From: Acidimicrobiia bacterium | GTDB lineage: Bacteria; Actinomycetota; Acidimicrobiia; Acidimicrobiales; Aldehydirespiratoraceae | Length of the DNA: 64,000 nt | Assembly: GCA_003231645.1 (NCBI GenBank) | Contig: QIIW01000151.1 | Coordinates: 72,621-136,620, forward strand | Reading direction: 5' to 3' | In this document: one piece after another, positions 26,086 to 34,975 of the stretch | Position numbering within the stretch: the first letter of the stretch is position 1 | Layout: the number at the start of each line of letters is the position of its first letter | Made by a program: the position numbers and the translations under genes | The notes under the pieces: generated by a model | The model's database searches: none | Seen by the model: only the letters and a program-made list of their open reading frames with translations | Told to the model about the DNA's origin: nothing

Positions 26086-27212
26086 TCGGCGAGAACCGTT
26101 CCGTCGATCTCGACGGCCTGGTCGATGTGGTCCACGGTGATGCACTCGATCGAGGAGCCAACCGAGCCGCCGATGTCGATCTCGAACGCCTCGTCATGCA
26201 CCATGCGCCGCTGCTGTCGGCGTCGCAGCGTCTCGAGGTGTCGCGTCGGGTCGCGTCGCGGGTCAGCGGGCTTGGTGCCCTCGACGACCTCCTGGCCGAT
26301 CCGGTGGTGAGCGAGATCATGATCAACGGGCCCGGCCCGATCTGGGTCGAGAGACACGGCGAGATTCATGCGACCGACATCCACCTCGACCGTGATGAGA
26401 TCGACCGCCTGGTCGAACGAATGGTCTCACCGACAGGCCGGCGTGTCGACCGCCGCTCACCTTGGGTCGACGGTCGTCTGGCGGACGGCAGCCGCGTCAA
26501 CGTCATCGTCCCACCGATCGCCCTTGACGGGCCTTGCATCACCATCCGGCGTTTCGTTCTGCGGAGGCTCTCGCTCGATTCCTTTGCGGGCGCCGAGGTG
26601 GCCGAGATGGTCTCCGAGGCGGTGCGCAACGGAGCCAACATGATCGTCAGTGGAGGCACCGGTGCCGGCAAGACGACCCTGCTCAATGCCATCGCCGGCG
26701 AGATCGACCCGAGGTCGCGGATCGTCACGGTCGAGGACTCGGCCGAGCTGGCACTGCCTCACCCCCACGTCGTGCGGCTCGAGGCCAGGCCGGCATCGGT
26801 CGAGGGCGTGGGGCTGGTCACGATCCGGGATCTGGTTCGTAACGCCCTGAGGATGAGGCCCGATCGTCTCGTCGTTGGCGAGGTGAGGGGCGGTGAGGCG
26901 CTCGACATGGTGCAGGCTCTCAACACCGGCCATGCCGGCTGCCTGTCGACATGTCACGCCAATGGTCCGCTCGACGCGCTGCGGCGGATCGAGAGCCTGG
27001 CCGTGATGGCGGGCGAAGGGCTTCCGCTCCCGGCCATCCGTCAGCAGATATCGGCCGCCGTTGATCTGGTGGTGCAGGTTGCCAGGACCAGGAACGGCAG
27101 CCGACGAATCATGTCGGTGGCCGAGGTGGTGGGGCCCGACGAGGTGAGGGTCCTGGCCGCGGACGACGTGGTCACCGCGCCGAGGACCCGGGGCGACAGG
27201 TTCGGAGCATGA
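26082..27212 (+). CDS. tadA: CpaF/TadA-family secretion ATPase
   Basis: [18 protein letters not shown] ... Walker [16 protein letters not shown] ... [31 protein letters not shown]. The start is GTG 26082. Confidence 0.9.
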   Translation: MIGENRSVDLDGLVDVVHGDALDRGANRAADVDLERLVMHHAPLLSASQRLEVSRRVASRVSGLGALDDLLADPVVSEIMINGPGPIWVERHGEIHATDIHLDRDEIDRLVERMVSPTGRRVDRRSPWVDGRLADGSRVNVIVPPIALDGPCITIRRFVLRRLSLDSFAGAEVAEMVSEAVRNGANMIVSGGTGAGKTTLLNAIAGEIDPRSRIVTVEDSAELALPHPHVVRLEARPASVEGVGLVTIRDLVRNALRMRPDRLVVGEVRGGEALDMVQALNTGHAGCLSTCHANGPLDALRRIESLAVMAGEGLPLPAIRQQISAAVDLVVQVARTRNGSRRIMSVAEVVGPDEVRVLAADDVVTAPRTRGDRFGA

Positions 27213-28072
27213 CTCTTCTGCCCGTATTGGCTTCGGTGGTGATCATCGCCTTGGCACCATGGCATCGGACACCGCCCCGTCGCCCCGACGACCCCGATCC
27301 GGTGTCGCGGCGAGGCGAGCCGGGAATCGCCGCCATATCCGACCGGCTGGTCCGGGCCGATCTCGAGGTGGGCCCGGCGGTCGTCTACCGCACATGGATG
27401 CTCTCGACGGTGGTCGGTGCCCTGTCGGGGGCGGCGATATCGGGGCGGCTCGACCCCGTCGCAGCGTTCTTCGGTGGATCGCTGGGGGTACTCGTACCGG
27501 TGATCCTCGTTCTCGCCCGAGGCGATCGTGCCTCTCGCCGCATCGTGCAATCGCTGCCGGAGATGCTCGAGCTGCTGGCCAGATCACTGCGAGGGGGAGC
27601 CGACCTCCGAACCGCGCTGCGGGATGTGGCGGGCGGAACCAACGAGGCTGGTCGCACCCTCGACTCGGTGCTGCGCAGAGTGGCGGCAGGAGAGCGGCTG
27701 GGCGAGGCCATGGATCGATGGGTTGTCGACCTCGGCCACCGCGACGCGACCGTCGTCCGTGCCGTCATCAGACTGGGTGATTCCACCGGTGGATCGATGG
27801 CCACCGCGCTCGACCGTGCCGCGGCGACGATCCGGGAGCGGTCGGCTCTCCGGTCGGAGATCCGGGCCCTCACCTCGCAGTCGCGCTCCTCGGCGATGGT
27901 GATCGCTCTGAGTCCGGTGGCCTTTCTGGCCGTCGTCGCGATCACGGACCCGAAATCATCGCGCGTTCTCTTCGCGACCAACGTCGGGCGATTGTCTCTT
28001 ACCGGTGGCCTTCTGCTCGACGGACTGGGGATGTTGTGGATGTCCCGCCTCACGTCGGCTGTCGACCGATGA
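27209..28072 (+). CDS. tadB: TadB-like type II secretion system F-domain membrane protein
   Basis: LPEMLELLARSLRGGADLRTAL ... is flanked by TM segments. ATGA overlap with tadA. Confidence 0.75.
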   Translation: MTLLPVLASVVIIALAPWHRTPPRRPDDPDPVSRRGEPGIAAISDRLVRADLEVGPAVVYRTWMLSTVVGALSGAAISGRLDPVAAFFGGSLGVLVPVILVLARGDRASRRIVQSLPEMLELLARSLRGGADLRTALRDVAGGTNEAGRTLDSVLRRVAAGERLGEAMDRWVVDLGHRDATVVRAVIRLGDSTGGSMATALDRAAATIRERSALRSEIRALTSQSRSSAMVIALSPVAFLAVVAITDPKSSRVLFATNVGRLSLTGGLLLDGLGMLWMSRLTSAVDR

Positions 28073-28833
28073 ACTTCGTGATCGTCGCCGGTTCAATGGC
28101 GGTGGCCGGCGCAGTGGTCCGGCCGCTGGGTTCCGTTCGTCCCCGCCCGCCCGGCGTGCCGTTGTCGACCTCGCCGGTCCGACCGTTTCTCGACCGGGTC
28201 GGGGACGATCTGGCGAGCCGCCTGCCGTTCGATCCGATGGTCGGAAGTCGCACCCTGGTGGTGGTCACGGTTGTGGCGATCACCCTGCTCGCCGTTTCGC
28301 CGGTCCTGTCACTGGTGCCGTTGATCGGAATTGTCGCGGTCACTTTGAGACGAAGACGTGGCCGGCAGGTCATGGCCGCGGCCGTGATCGGTCGAGTGCT
28401 GCCCGAGGTCATCGACCTGCTCACCCTGGCCATCGGGTCGGGGCTCACGCTGCGGATGGCCTTCTCGGTCACCGCCCCTTGGCTACCGGAGCCGTTCGGA
28501 TCGGCGGTCGCCGAGGTGACCCGTCGCAGTGACTCGGGAGAGCCGTTCGCGGTTGCTCTGGAGGTCGCCACATCGGCTCTCGGCCCGGACGCCAGGCCAC
28601 TGGTCAGCACGCTGATCGCGTCGGAGACCGATGGGGCCGCCCTGCTTCCTGCTCTCGAACGGGTGGGCGACGAGGCCCGTCGCCGCCGGAGGGTGGCGGC
28701 CGAGGATCGAGCCCGACGTCTGCCGGTCGCCATGCTGTTCCCGCTGGTGATCTGCGTTCTACCGGCGTTCGCCCTGCTCACGGTGGTGCCGCTGCTGATC
28801 GGTTCCCTCACCGGACTGCAGCTGCCCGGGTAG
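28069..28833 (+). CDS. tadC: TadC-like type II secretion system F-domain membrane protein
   Basis: LPEVIDLLTLAIGSGLTLRMAF ... LPVAMLFPLVICVLPAFALLTVVPLLIG. ATGA overlap with tadB. Confidence 0.75.
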   Translation: MNFVIVAGSMAVAGAVVRPLGSVRPRPPGVPLSTSPVRPFLDRVGDDLASRLPFDPMVGSRTLVVVTVVAITLLAVSPVLSLVPLIGIVAVTLRRRRGRQVMAAAVIGRVLPEVIDLLTLAIGSGLTLRMAFSVTAPWLPEPFGSAVAEVTRRSDSGEPFAVALEVATSALGPDARPLVSTLIASETDGAALLPALERVGDEARRRRRVAAEDRARRLPVAMLFPLVICVLPAFALLTVVPLLIGSLTGLQLPG

Positions 28834-28897
28834 CCCTCCGCCTTCCGCTTCTCCCCGCTCGCTTCCCCCCCAAGTGAACCAGATCGGGAGGATTCCG

Positions 28898-29125
28898 ATG
28901 TATTTTCAACCTGTTTCGATTCGAGTTTTCGTGGCCGTCCAGTCGCTGATCGCCGGCCGCTTTTCCGTATCCGACGACCGCGGCCAGGCGACGGCCGAGT
29001 ACTCGCTGGTGATCCTCGGCGCGGCGGCGGTGGCCCTGCTCGTCATCACCTGGGCGACCAAGACGAGCAAGGTCGCCACCCTCCTCAACAAGGTGATCGA
29101 GAAGATCACCAGCCAGGTGGCGTGA
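28898..29125 (+). CDS. flp: Flp-type pilin (actinobacterial DUF4244-like)
   Basis: 75 aa. The processing-type motif DRGQATAEYSLVILGAAAVALLVI is present. GGGAGG lies 7 nt before ATG 28898. Confidence 0.7.
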   Translation: MYFQPVSIRVFVAVQSLIAGRFSVSDDRGQATAEYSLVILGAAAVALLVITWATKTSKVATLLNKVIEKITSQVA

Positions 29126-29538
29126 ATCGTTCGGGCGGGGTTCGCCGCTCCGAAACGGCGAACCCCGACTCGGAGCCGGTCTCCACCGGTGGTCAGGCCA
29201 CCGTGGAACTGGCGCTGTTGCTTCCGTTCGTCGCTCTGGTGTTGCTGGCCGTGATCCAGGTCGGGTTGGTGGTGAGGTCGAGGATTCTCGTCACCCATGC
29301 CGCACGCGAGGGGGCCCGGGTCGCGGCCGTCGGTGGGTCCGACGGTGAGGTGCGGCGGGCAGTGGCGGTGGCCGGGGATCTGCCCATCCATCGTCTCGAT
29401 GTCGAGATCAGGCGATCCGGTGGGGTCGCGACGGTCACGGTTTCGTTCCGTGACCCGACCGATGTTCCGCTGGTGGGATCATTGGTGGGCGACGCCGAGA
29501 TGCAGGCGGTGGCGACGATGAGACTGGAGGAGCCCTGA
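29122..29538 (+). CDS. tadE: TadE-like minor pilin / pilus assembly protein
   Basis: GGQATVELALLLPFVALVLLAVIQVGLVV is the TadE N-terminal motif. GTGA overlap with flp. Confidence 0.7.
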   Translation: MNRSGGVRRSETANPDSEPVSTGGQATVELALLLPFVALVLLAVIQVGLVVRSRILVTHAAREGARVAAVGGSDGEVRRAVAVAGDLPIHRLDVEIRRSGGVATVTVSFRDPTDVPLVGSLVGDAEMQAVATMRLEEP

Positions 29539-29730
29539 GTTGGCGCCGATGGTGGCAGCGTGGTCGGGTCGTGGTCGGAGCCGCGGCCACCGTCCTGGAC
29601 AGCGCCAGTTCTGATCGCGCCGCGCCGGGAAACACCGCCGTCATCTTGAGAAGGGTGGCCAGGGGAGGACGCGACGGGTGAGGCGGTCGATTCCGATGAC
29701 GGTGATGGTCGATGCGATGGAGATGGCGGC

Positions 29731-29847
29731 TCAACGCAACACCGCTTCGATGGTCGAGCCGGCCGTTCCCGACAACAGATGCAATTGCCAAGCCGCGATC
29801 GTGACCACGACGAGCGGGACGATCCGGATCATGACGCGCAGCGGCAT
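29731..29847 (-). CDS. short hydrophobic ORF (38 codons); the same frame stays coding-like for 29 more codons past its TGA, to 29641
   Basis: MPLRVMIRIVPLVVVTIAAWQLHLLSGTAGSTIEAVLR-TGA-AAISIASTITVIGIDRLTRRVLPWPPFSR. There are five in-frame ATC codons after the TGA. The plus-strand frames over this stretch are Met/Asp/Arg-rich and unconvincing. Confidence 0.3.
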   Translation of the reverse strand: MPLRVMIRIVPLVVVTIAAWQLHLLSGTAGSTIEAVLR

Positions 29848-29952
29848 CGCCGTCCATGGCCATGACCCGAATCGGCCGTTCTCTCGATCTTGCGATCCGT
29901 TCGCGGCGGCTGCGCCGCGAGGGCGGGGCGCGCTGCGACTACCGTCACGGGC

Positions 29953-30309
29953 GTGCAGATTCTCGTTCACTCTCATCAGGTGGGGCCGTGGACCGTCCTG
30001 ACGGTGGCCGGTGAGCTCGACGTGGTCGGTGGACCGGATCTGCGTCAGTACATCATGACGGCCACCCAAGCCGGAAGTTCCCATCTCGTGCTGGACCTCA
30101 CGGGAGTCGACTTCATAGATTCGTTCGGGCTGGGTGTGCTGGTCGGGGCACTGAAGCGGACCAGGCTCGCCGGTGGCGATGTTCGGCTGGTGATTCCGGA
30201 GCCTCGCATCCGCCGTGTGCTCGAGGTCTGTGATCTCGATCGTGTGTTCCACATCGTCGAGACCGTCGGGTCGGCAACCGGCGATGCCCCACCGGGTGAG
30301 AACCCGTGA
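29953..30309 (+). CDS. STAS-domain anti-sigma-factor antagonist
   Basis: WTVLTVAGELDVVGGPDLRQYI ... HLVLDLTGVDFIDSFGLGVLVGALKR. The start is GTG 29953. Confidence 0.8.
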   Translation: MQILVHSHQVGPWTVLTVAGELDVVGGPDLRQYIMTATQAGSSHLVLDLTGVDFIDSFGLGVLVGALKRTRLAGGDVRLVIPEPRIRRVLEVCDLDRVFHIVETVGSATGDAPPGENP

Positions 30310-30764
30310 CCGATTCGCCGTTTCCCGTGGGCCATGTGGTTCTCGAGATTCCGGCGCGCACCGAACTCGTGTCCCTGGTGAGGCTGGTGGTGGCCTCGGC
30401 GGCGGAGATCGGTCCCGACATGGCGATCGAGAGGGTCGAGGATCTCCGGGTGGCCGTGTCAGAGGCGACAACCAACGCCATCGAGGCCCAGGTCGAGAGC
30501 GGTTCGCAGGCGCGAATAGGCATTCGATGCGCGGTGTCGGCCGACGAGGTCGTGGTGAGAATCCATGACGAGGGAGGTGGTTTCGACCCCGATGGGTTGC
30601 GTGCCCTGCCCGACCCGGGTTCGCCCGAGAGACTCGAGTACGAATCGGGTCTGGGCGTGCATCTGATGCGCGCGCTGGCTGATGAGACCGAAATATCGTC
30701 GACCCCCAGTGGGACGGATGTGCGACTCGTGGTCTATTCGTCGAAACGCTCACCGACGCGGTGA
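30306..30764 (+). CDS. anti-sigma regulatory factor, HATPase_c serine kinase (RsbW/SpoIIAB-like)
   Basis: The N-box is VAVSEATTNAIEA. The G-boxes are IHDEGGGFDP ... ESGLGVHLMRAL. GTGA overlap with the STAS gene. Confidence 0.8.
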   Translation: MTDSPFPVGHVVLEIPARTELVSLVRLVVASAAEIGPDMAIERVEDLRVAVSEATTNAIEAQVESGSQARIGIRCAVSADEVVVRIHDEGGGFDPDGLRALPDPGSPERLEYESGLGVHLMRALADETEISSTPSGTDVRLVVYSSKRSPTR

Positions 30765-30859
30765 AGGAATCCTCCGGGCGTCGCCCGGTGGATCAAGTGC
30801 GCCGGCGCGCCGGTAGCGTTCCCGGCGTCATCCCGCCCCAGACGACCGACAACGGACAA

Positions 30860-32212
30860 ATGGCCAACGATCATCCCCAACCATCACCGTTCACATGGAT
30901 AGGAAGCGACCGAACCCTCGCCCGGCGGGTCGGGCGCCCGGTCAGGGAATTCCTCGCGATCGAGGCGGCCGGCGGCGTTCTCCTGATCCTCGCCACGATC
31001 GTTGCGCTGGTCTGGGCCAACTCGCCTTGGAGCGGTGTCTACCACGACCTGTTCCAGACTCGCATCAACTTCCAGATCGGCACGATCCTGCGATTGGATC
31101 TGCCGTTCGAGGCCTGGATCAACGATGCCCTCATGGCGCTGTTCTTCTTTGTGGTGGGGCTGGAGATAAAGCGCGAGTTGGTGTCGGGAGAGCTGAAGGA
31201 CCCGAGGGCCGCCGCACTCCCGGCGATGGCCGCTCTCGGGGGCATGATCTTTCCCGCCGTGATCTACTTCGGGTTGAACGCGAGCGGTGCCTCACATGGT
31301 TGGGGCATCCCGATGGCGACCGACATCGCCTTCGCCGTGGGGATCGTCTCGCTCCTGGGCTCCCGGGTGCCCGGGACCATGAAAGTGTTTCTGCTCACAC
31401 TCGCCATCGTCGACGACATCGGGGCGATCGTGGTGATCGCGGTGTTTTACACCGACGGTCTGTCACTCGGCTGGCTGGCGATAGCGGCGGGACTCGTCAT
31501 CGTGGTGGTCACCATGAAGGCGGCCCGTATCTGGTTCATTCCCGCATACATCTTCGTGGGAATCTTCGTGTGGCTGGCCGTGTTCGAGTCCGGCGTCCAC
31601 GCCACGATCGCCGGTGTCGTTCTCGGCTTGCTCACGCCGGCTCATCCCCTCAAACCGGAGGTGCCCGAGGACCAGGATTTTGTGAGCCAGGTGATGGGCG
31701 GTCGGGCCAGTGCCCCGCTCGTGCGTCGCGCCAGTTTCGATCTCAACGAGCAGGTCTCGGTGGCCGAACGACTCGCCGAGTTCCTGCATCCGTTCACCAG
31801 CTTCATCATCATTCCGCTGTTCGCCCTGTCGAACGCCGGCATCGAGATCTCGCGGGACTCGCTGTCGGCCGCTGCTTCCTCGGATATCACGCTCGGGGTG
31901 GTGGCAGGGCTGGTGGTCGGAAAGTTGGTGGGCATCTCCCTGTTCACCTGGATCGGGGTCAGGAGCGGTATGTCCGAGATGCCGCGCGGTGCCAATTGGA
32001 CTCATGTGATAGGACTTGCCGCCATCGGCGGTGTGGGGTTCACGGTGTCGTTGTTCATCACCGGTCTGGCCTTCGACAATCCGGTGTTCACCGATGACGC
32101 GAAGATCGGAATCATCGTGGCCTCCGTCGTGGCGGCCCTGGTCGGATCTCTGATTCTCGCCCGGGCCAAAGAGGTCACAGAGGTCGATTTCGAGGTTCCG
32201 ACGCCGAACTGA
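30860..32212 (+). CDS. nhaA: Na+/H+ antiporter NhaA
   Basis: FLAIEAAGGVLLILATIVALVWANSPW ... WINDALMALFFFVVGLEIKRE ... LAIVDDIGAI are NhaA signatures. The start is ATG 30860. Confidence 0.9.
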   Translation: MANDHPQPSPFTWIGSDRTLARRVGRPVREFLAIEAAGGVLLILATIVALVWANSPWSGVYHDLFQTRINFQIGTILRLDLPFEAWINDALMALFFFVVGLEIKRELVSGELKDPRAAALPAMAALGGMIFPAVIYFGLNASGASHGWGIPMATDIAFAVGIVSLLGSRVPGTMKVFLLTLAIVDDIGAIVVIAVFYTDGLSLGWLAIAAGLVIVVVTMKAARIWFIPAYIFVGIFVWLAVFESGVHATIAGVVLGLLTPAHPLKPEVPEDQDFVSQVMGGRASAPLVRRASFDLNEQVSVAERLAEFLHPFTSFIIIPLFALSNAGIEISRDSLSAAASSDITLGVVAGLVVGKLVGISLFTWIGVRSGMSEMPRGANWTHVIGLAAIGGVGFTVSLFITGLAFDNPVFTDDAKIGIIVASVVAALVGSLILARAKEVTEVDFEVPTPN

Positions 32213-32262
32213 ACCGAAGACACCGCCCAACTCGCCGCCGTATCCCGACTGATTGAAGAACA

Positions 32263-34944
32263 TTGCCCAACGCCCTAGTCATCGTCGAATCGCCTGCCAA
32301 GGCCAAGACCATCGCCGGCTATCTCGGCGACGACTACATCGTCGAGTCGTCGATAGGTCACGTACGTGACCTGCCCAGGAACGCGGCCGAGGTTCCCAAG
32401 GCCTACAAGGGCGAGCCGTGGGCCCGCATCGGTATCGATGTCGACAACGACTTCAAGCCCCTCTACGTGGTCAGCAGAGACAAGCTGGACCAGATCAGGA
32501 AACTGAAGGCCGCTCTGGCCGAGGTCGACGAGCTGTACCTGGCGACTGATGAGGATCGTGAGGGCGAGGCCATTGCCTGGCACCTGCTCGAGGTTCTCAA
32601 GCCCCGTGTTCCGGTGAAGCGCATGGTGTTCCACGAGATAACCAAGGAGGCGATCGCCCGCGCCATCGAGCACCCGAGGGAGATCGACACGAAGATGGTC
32701 GATGCTCAGGAGGCGCGCCGTCTGCTCGATCGGTTGTTCGGTTATGAAGTGTCTCCGGTGTTGTGGAAGAAGGTCATGCCCCAATTGTCGGCCGGCCGGG
32801 TCCAGAGCGTGGCCACCCGAATAGTCGTGGAGCGTGAGCGTGAACGAATGAGCTTCATCGCCGCCGGCTACTGGAGTCTGCCGGGTCGTTTCGTGGCTTC
32901 GGCCGGCGATGGTCACGAGTTCACGGCGACGCTGGCATCACTCGACGGGGTTCGCGTCGCCAAGGGGGCCGACTTCGGTCAGGACGGACGTCTCTGCCGT
33001 GATGACGTGCTGGTCCTCGAGCGGTCCCGGGCCACCTCCCTGGTCGGCGAACTCAGCGGTGTGGCCTTCTCCGTGCGGGCCCGCGAGTCGAAGCCGTACC
33101 GGCGTAGACCGGCGGCGCCGTTCACCACCTCGACCTTCCAGCAGGAGGCGGGTCGCAAGCTGAGGCTCTCGTCGGCGATGGCCATGCGTACCGCCCAGTC
33201 GCTCTACGAAAAGGGCTTCATCACCTACATGCGTACCGATAGCACCACGCTGTCCGATACGGCGGTTCGGGCGGCCCGAAGCACGATCGGCGAGCGCTAC
33301 GGCAGTGATCTTCTTCCGGACTCGCCGCGGGTCTACACCAAGAAGGCCAAGAACGCACAGGAGGCCCACGAGGCGATCAGGCCGGCAGGAGGTGGCTTCC
33401 GGTCGCCATCCGATGTCGCCAAGCAGGTGTCGAGATCGGAAGCCGATGTCTACGAACTGATCTGGAAGCGCACGGTTGCCTCGCAGATGACCGATTGCAC
33501 CGGCGAGACCGTACAGATGCGGGTGGGGGTCCTCACCACCGCCGGAACCGACGCCGAGTTCTCGGCTACCGGCACGGTGATTCACCACCGTGGTTTTCGC
33601 GAGGCCTACGAGGAGCACACGACTCCAAGTGCCGATGACGAGGAACGTCGACTTCCACGTCTGGAAGTCGGGGACATGGCCGACGCCCTGGGATTCCATC
33701 CCGAGGGCCATGAGACGCAGCCTCCCGCCCGCTTCACCGAGGCCTCTCTCGTGAAGCGTCTCGAAGAGCTGGGCGTGGGTCGTCCGTCGACCTACGCGTC
33801 GATCATCGGCACCATCCAGGACCGCGGCTACGTCTGGAAGAAGGGATCGGCACTGATCCCCTCGTTTACCGCGTTTTCGGTGATCAACCTGCTCGAAGAG
33901 CATTTCCCCAACCTCGTCGACTATGCCTTCACCGCCCGCATGGAGGACGACCTCGACAAGATCGCCGGTGGTATCGAGGACCCGGTTCCGTGGCTGGCCC
34001 ATTTCTATTTTGGTGATGACACCGAGGAGGGGTTGAAGGAAAAGGTCTCGAGTCGCCTCGGCGACATCGACGCACGTGCCGTCAACTCCGTCCCGCTCGG
34101 TGTGGCCGATGATGGTGAGCCCGTGGTGGCGCGCGTAGGTCGCTACGGACCCTACGTCCAGAAGGGTGAACACTCGGCGTCCATACCCGACGACATCCCA
34201 CCCGACGAACTCACGCCGGCCAGGGCGATGGAGTTTCTCTCCCTGCCCAAGGACGGTCGAGAGTTGGGTCTCGACCCCGATACCGGCTTGATGGTCTACG
34301 CCAAGGCCGGACGTTTCGGCCCCTACGTTCAGCTCGGCGCTCACGACGATGTCGACGAGAAGCCGCGCACCGCATCGTTGTTCACGACCATGACGCTCGA
34401 GCGGGTGACCCTTGAAGACGCCGAGCGATTGCTGGCGCTTCCGAGAACGGTCGGGCTCGATCCGGTCGACGGCGTTGAGATCACCGTGCAGAACGGTCGC
34501 TACGGGCCCTATCTGAAGAAGGGCTCCGACAGCCGCAGCCTCGACACGGAGGAGAAGCTCTTCACGATCACTCTCGACGAGTGTCTGGCCATCCTCGCCC
34601 AGCCGAAGCGTCGGAGGGGCCAGAGCGTGAAGCCGCCCCTTCGCGAGATGGGGAACGATCCGGCCACCGGAAAACCGATGGTCGTGAAGGACGGCCGATT
34701 CGGCCCCTACGTCACCGACGGCGAGACCAACGCTTCGCTTCGCAAGGGTGACACGGTCGAGGAACTGACCGATGACCGCGCCATCGAACTACTTGCCGAT
34801 CGGCGGGCCAAGGGCCCGGCGAAGAAGAAATCGCGCCGGAAGGCGACCAAGAAGAAGGCGACCAAGAAGAAGGCGACCAAGAAGAAAGCGGCGAAGAGGG
34901 TTGCCGCCCATCGGCCCGACGCGTCGTCCGCTTCGCCATGTTGA
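32263..34944 (+). CDS. topA: DNA topoisomerase I
   Basis: 893 aa. The Toprim domain is LVIVESPAKAKTIAGYLG ... ATDEDREGEAIAWH. The active-site region is ITYMRTDS. The C-terminal tail is Lys-rich. TTG 32263 is the only start after the in-frame stop at 32254. Confidence 0.95.
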   Translation: MPNALVIVESPAKAKTIAGYLGDDYIVESSIGHVRDLPRNAAEVPKAYKGEPWARIGIDVDNDFKPLYVVSRDKLDQIRKLKAALAEVDELYLATDEDREGEAIAWHLLEVLKPRVPVKRMVFHEITKEAIARAIEHPREIDTKMVDAQEARRLLDRLFGYEVSPVLWKKVMPQLSAGRVQSVATRIVVERERERMSFIAAGYWSLPGRFVASAGDGHEFTATLASLDGVRVAKGADFGQDGRLCRDDVLVLERSRATSLVGELSGVAFSVRARESKPYRRRPAAPFTTSTFQQEAGRKLRLSSAMAMRTAQSLYEKGFITYMRTDSTTLSDTAVRAARSTIGERYGSDLLPDSPRVYTKKAKNAQEAHEAIRPAGGGFRSPSDVAKQVSRSEADVYELIWKRTVASQMTDCTGETVQMRVGVLTTAGTDAEFSATGTVIHHRGFREAYEEHTTPSADDEERRLPRLEVGDMADALGFHPEGHETQPPARFTEASLVKRLEELGVGRPSTYASIIGTIQDRGYVWKKGSALIPSFTAFSVINLLEEHFPNLVDYAFTARMEDDLDKIAGGIEDPVPWLAHFYFGDDTEEGLKEKVSSRLGDIDARAVNSVPLGVADDGEPVVARVGRYGPYVQKGEHSASIPDDIPPDELTPARAMEFLSLPKDGRELGLDPDTGLMVYAKAGRFGPYVQLGAHDDVDEKPRTASLFTTMTLERVTLEDAERLLALPRTVGLDPVDGVEITVQNGRYGPYLKKGSDSRSLDTEEKLFTITLDECLAILAQPKRRRGQSVKPPLREMGNDPATGKPMVVKDGRFGPYVTDGETNASLRKGDTVEELTDDRAIELLADRRAKGPAKKKSRRKATKKKATKKKATKKKAAKRVAAHRPDASSASPC
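34840..34884 (+). repeat. 3 x 15-nt perfect tandem repeat (AAGGCGACCAAGAAG) encoding (KATKK)3 in the TopA tail
   Basis: Read directly from the sequence at 34840-34854, 34855-34869 and 34870-34884. Confidence 0.9.
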
Positions 34945-34975
34945 CCGGCTTCGGGCTGGCGTAGTCTCCATCCCC

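Noticed and set aside
29536-29955. The tadE frame and the downstream STAS frame are the same, which suggests read-through across the gap.
   Set aside because: Three in-frame TGA codons intervene, and the intervening translation is implausible (GADGGSVVGSWSEPRPP ... DSDDGDGRCDGDGG).
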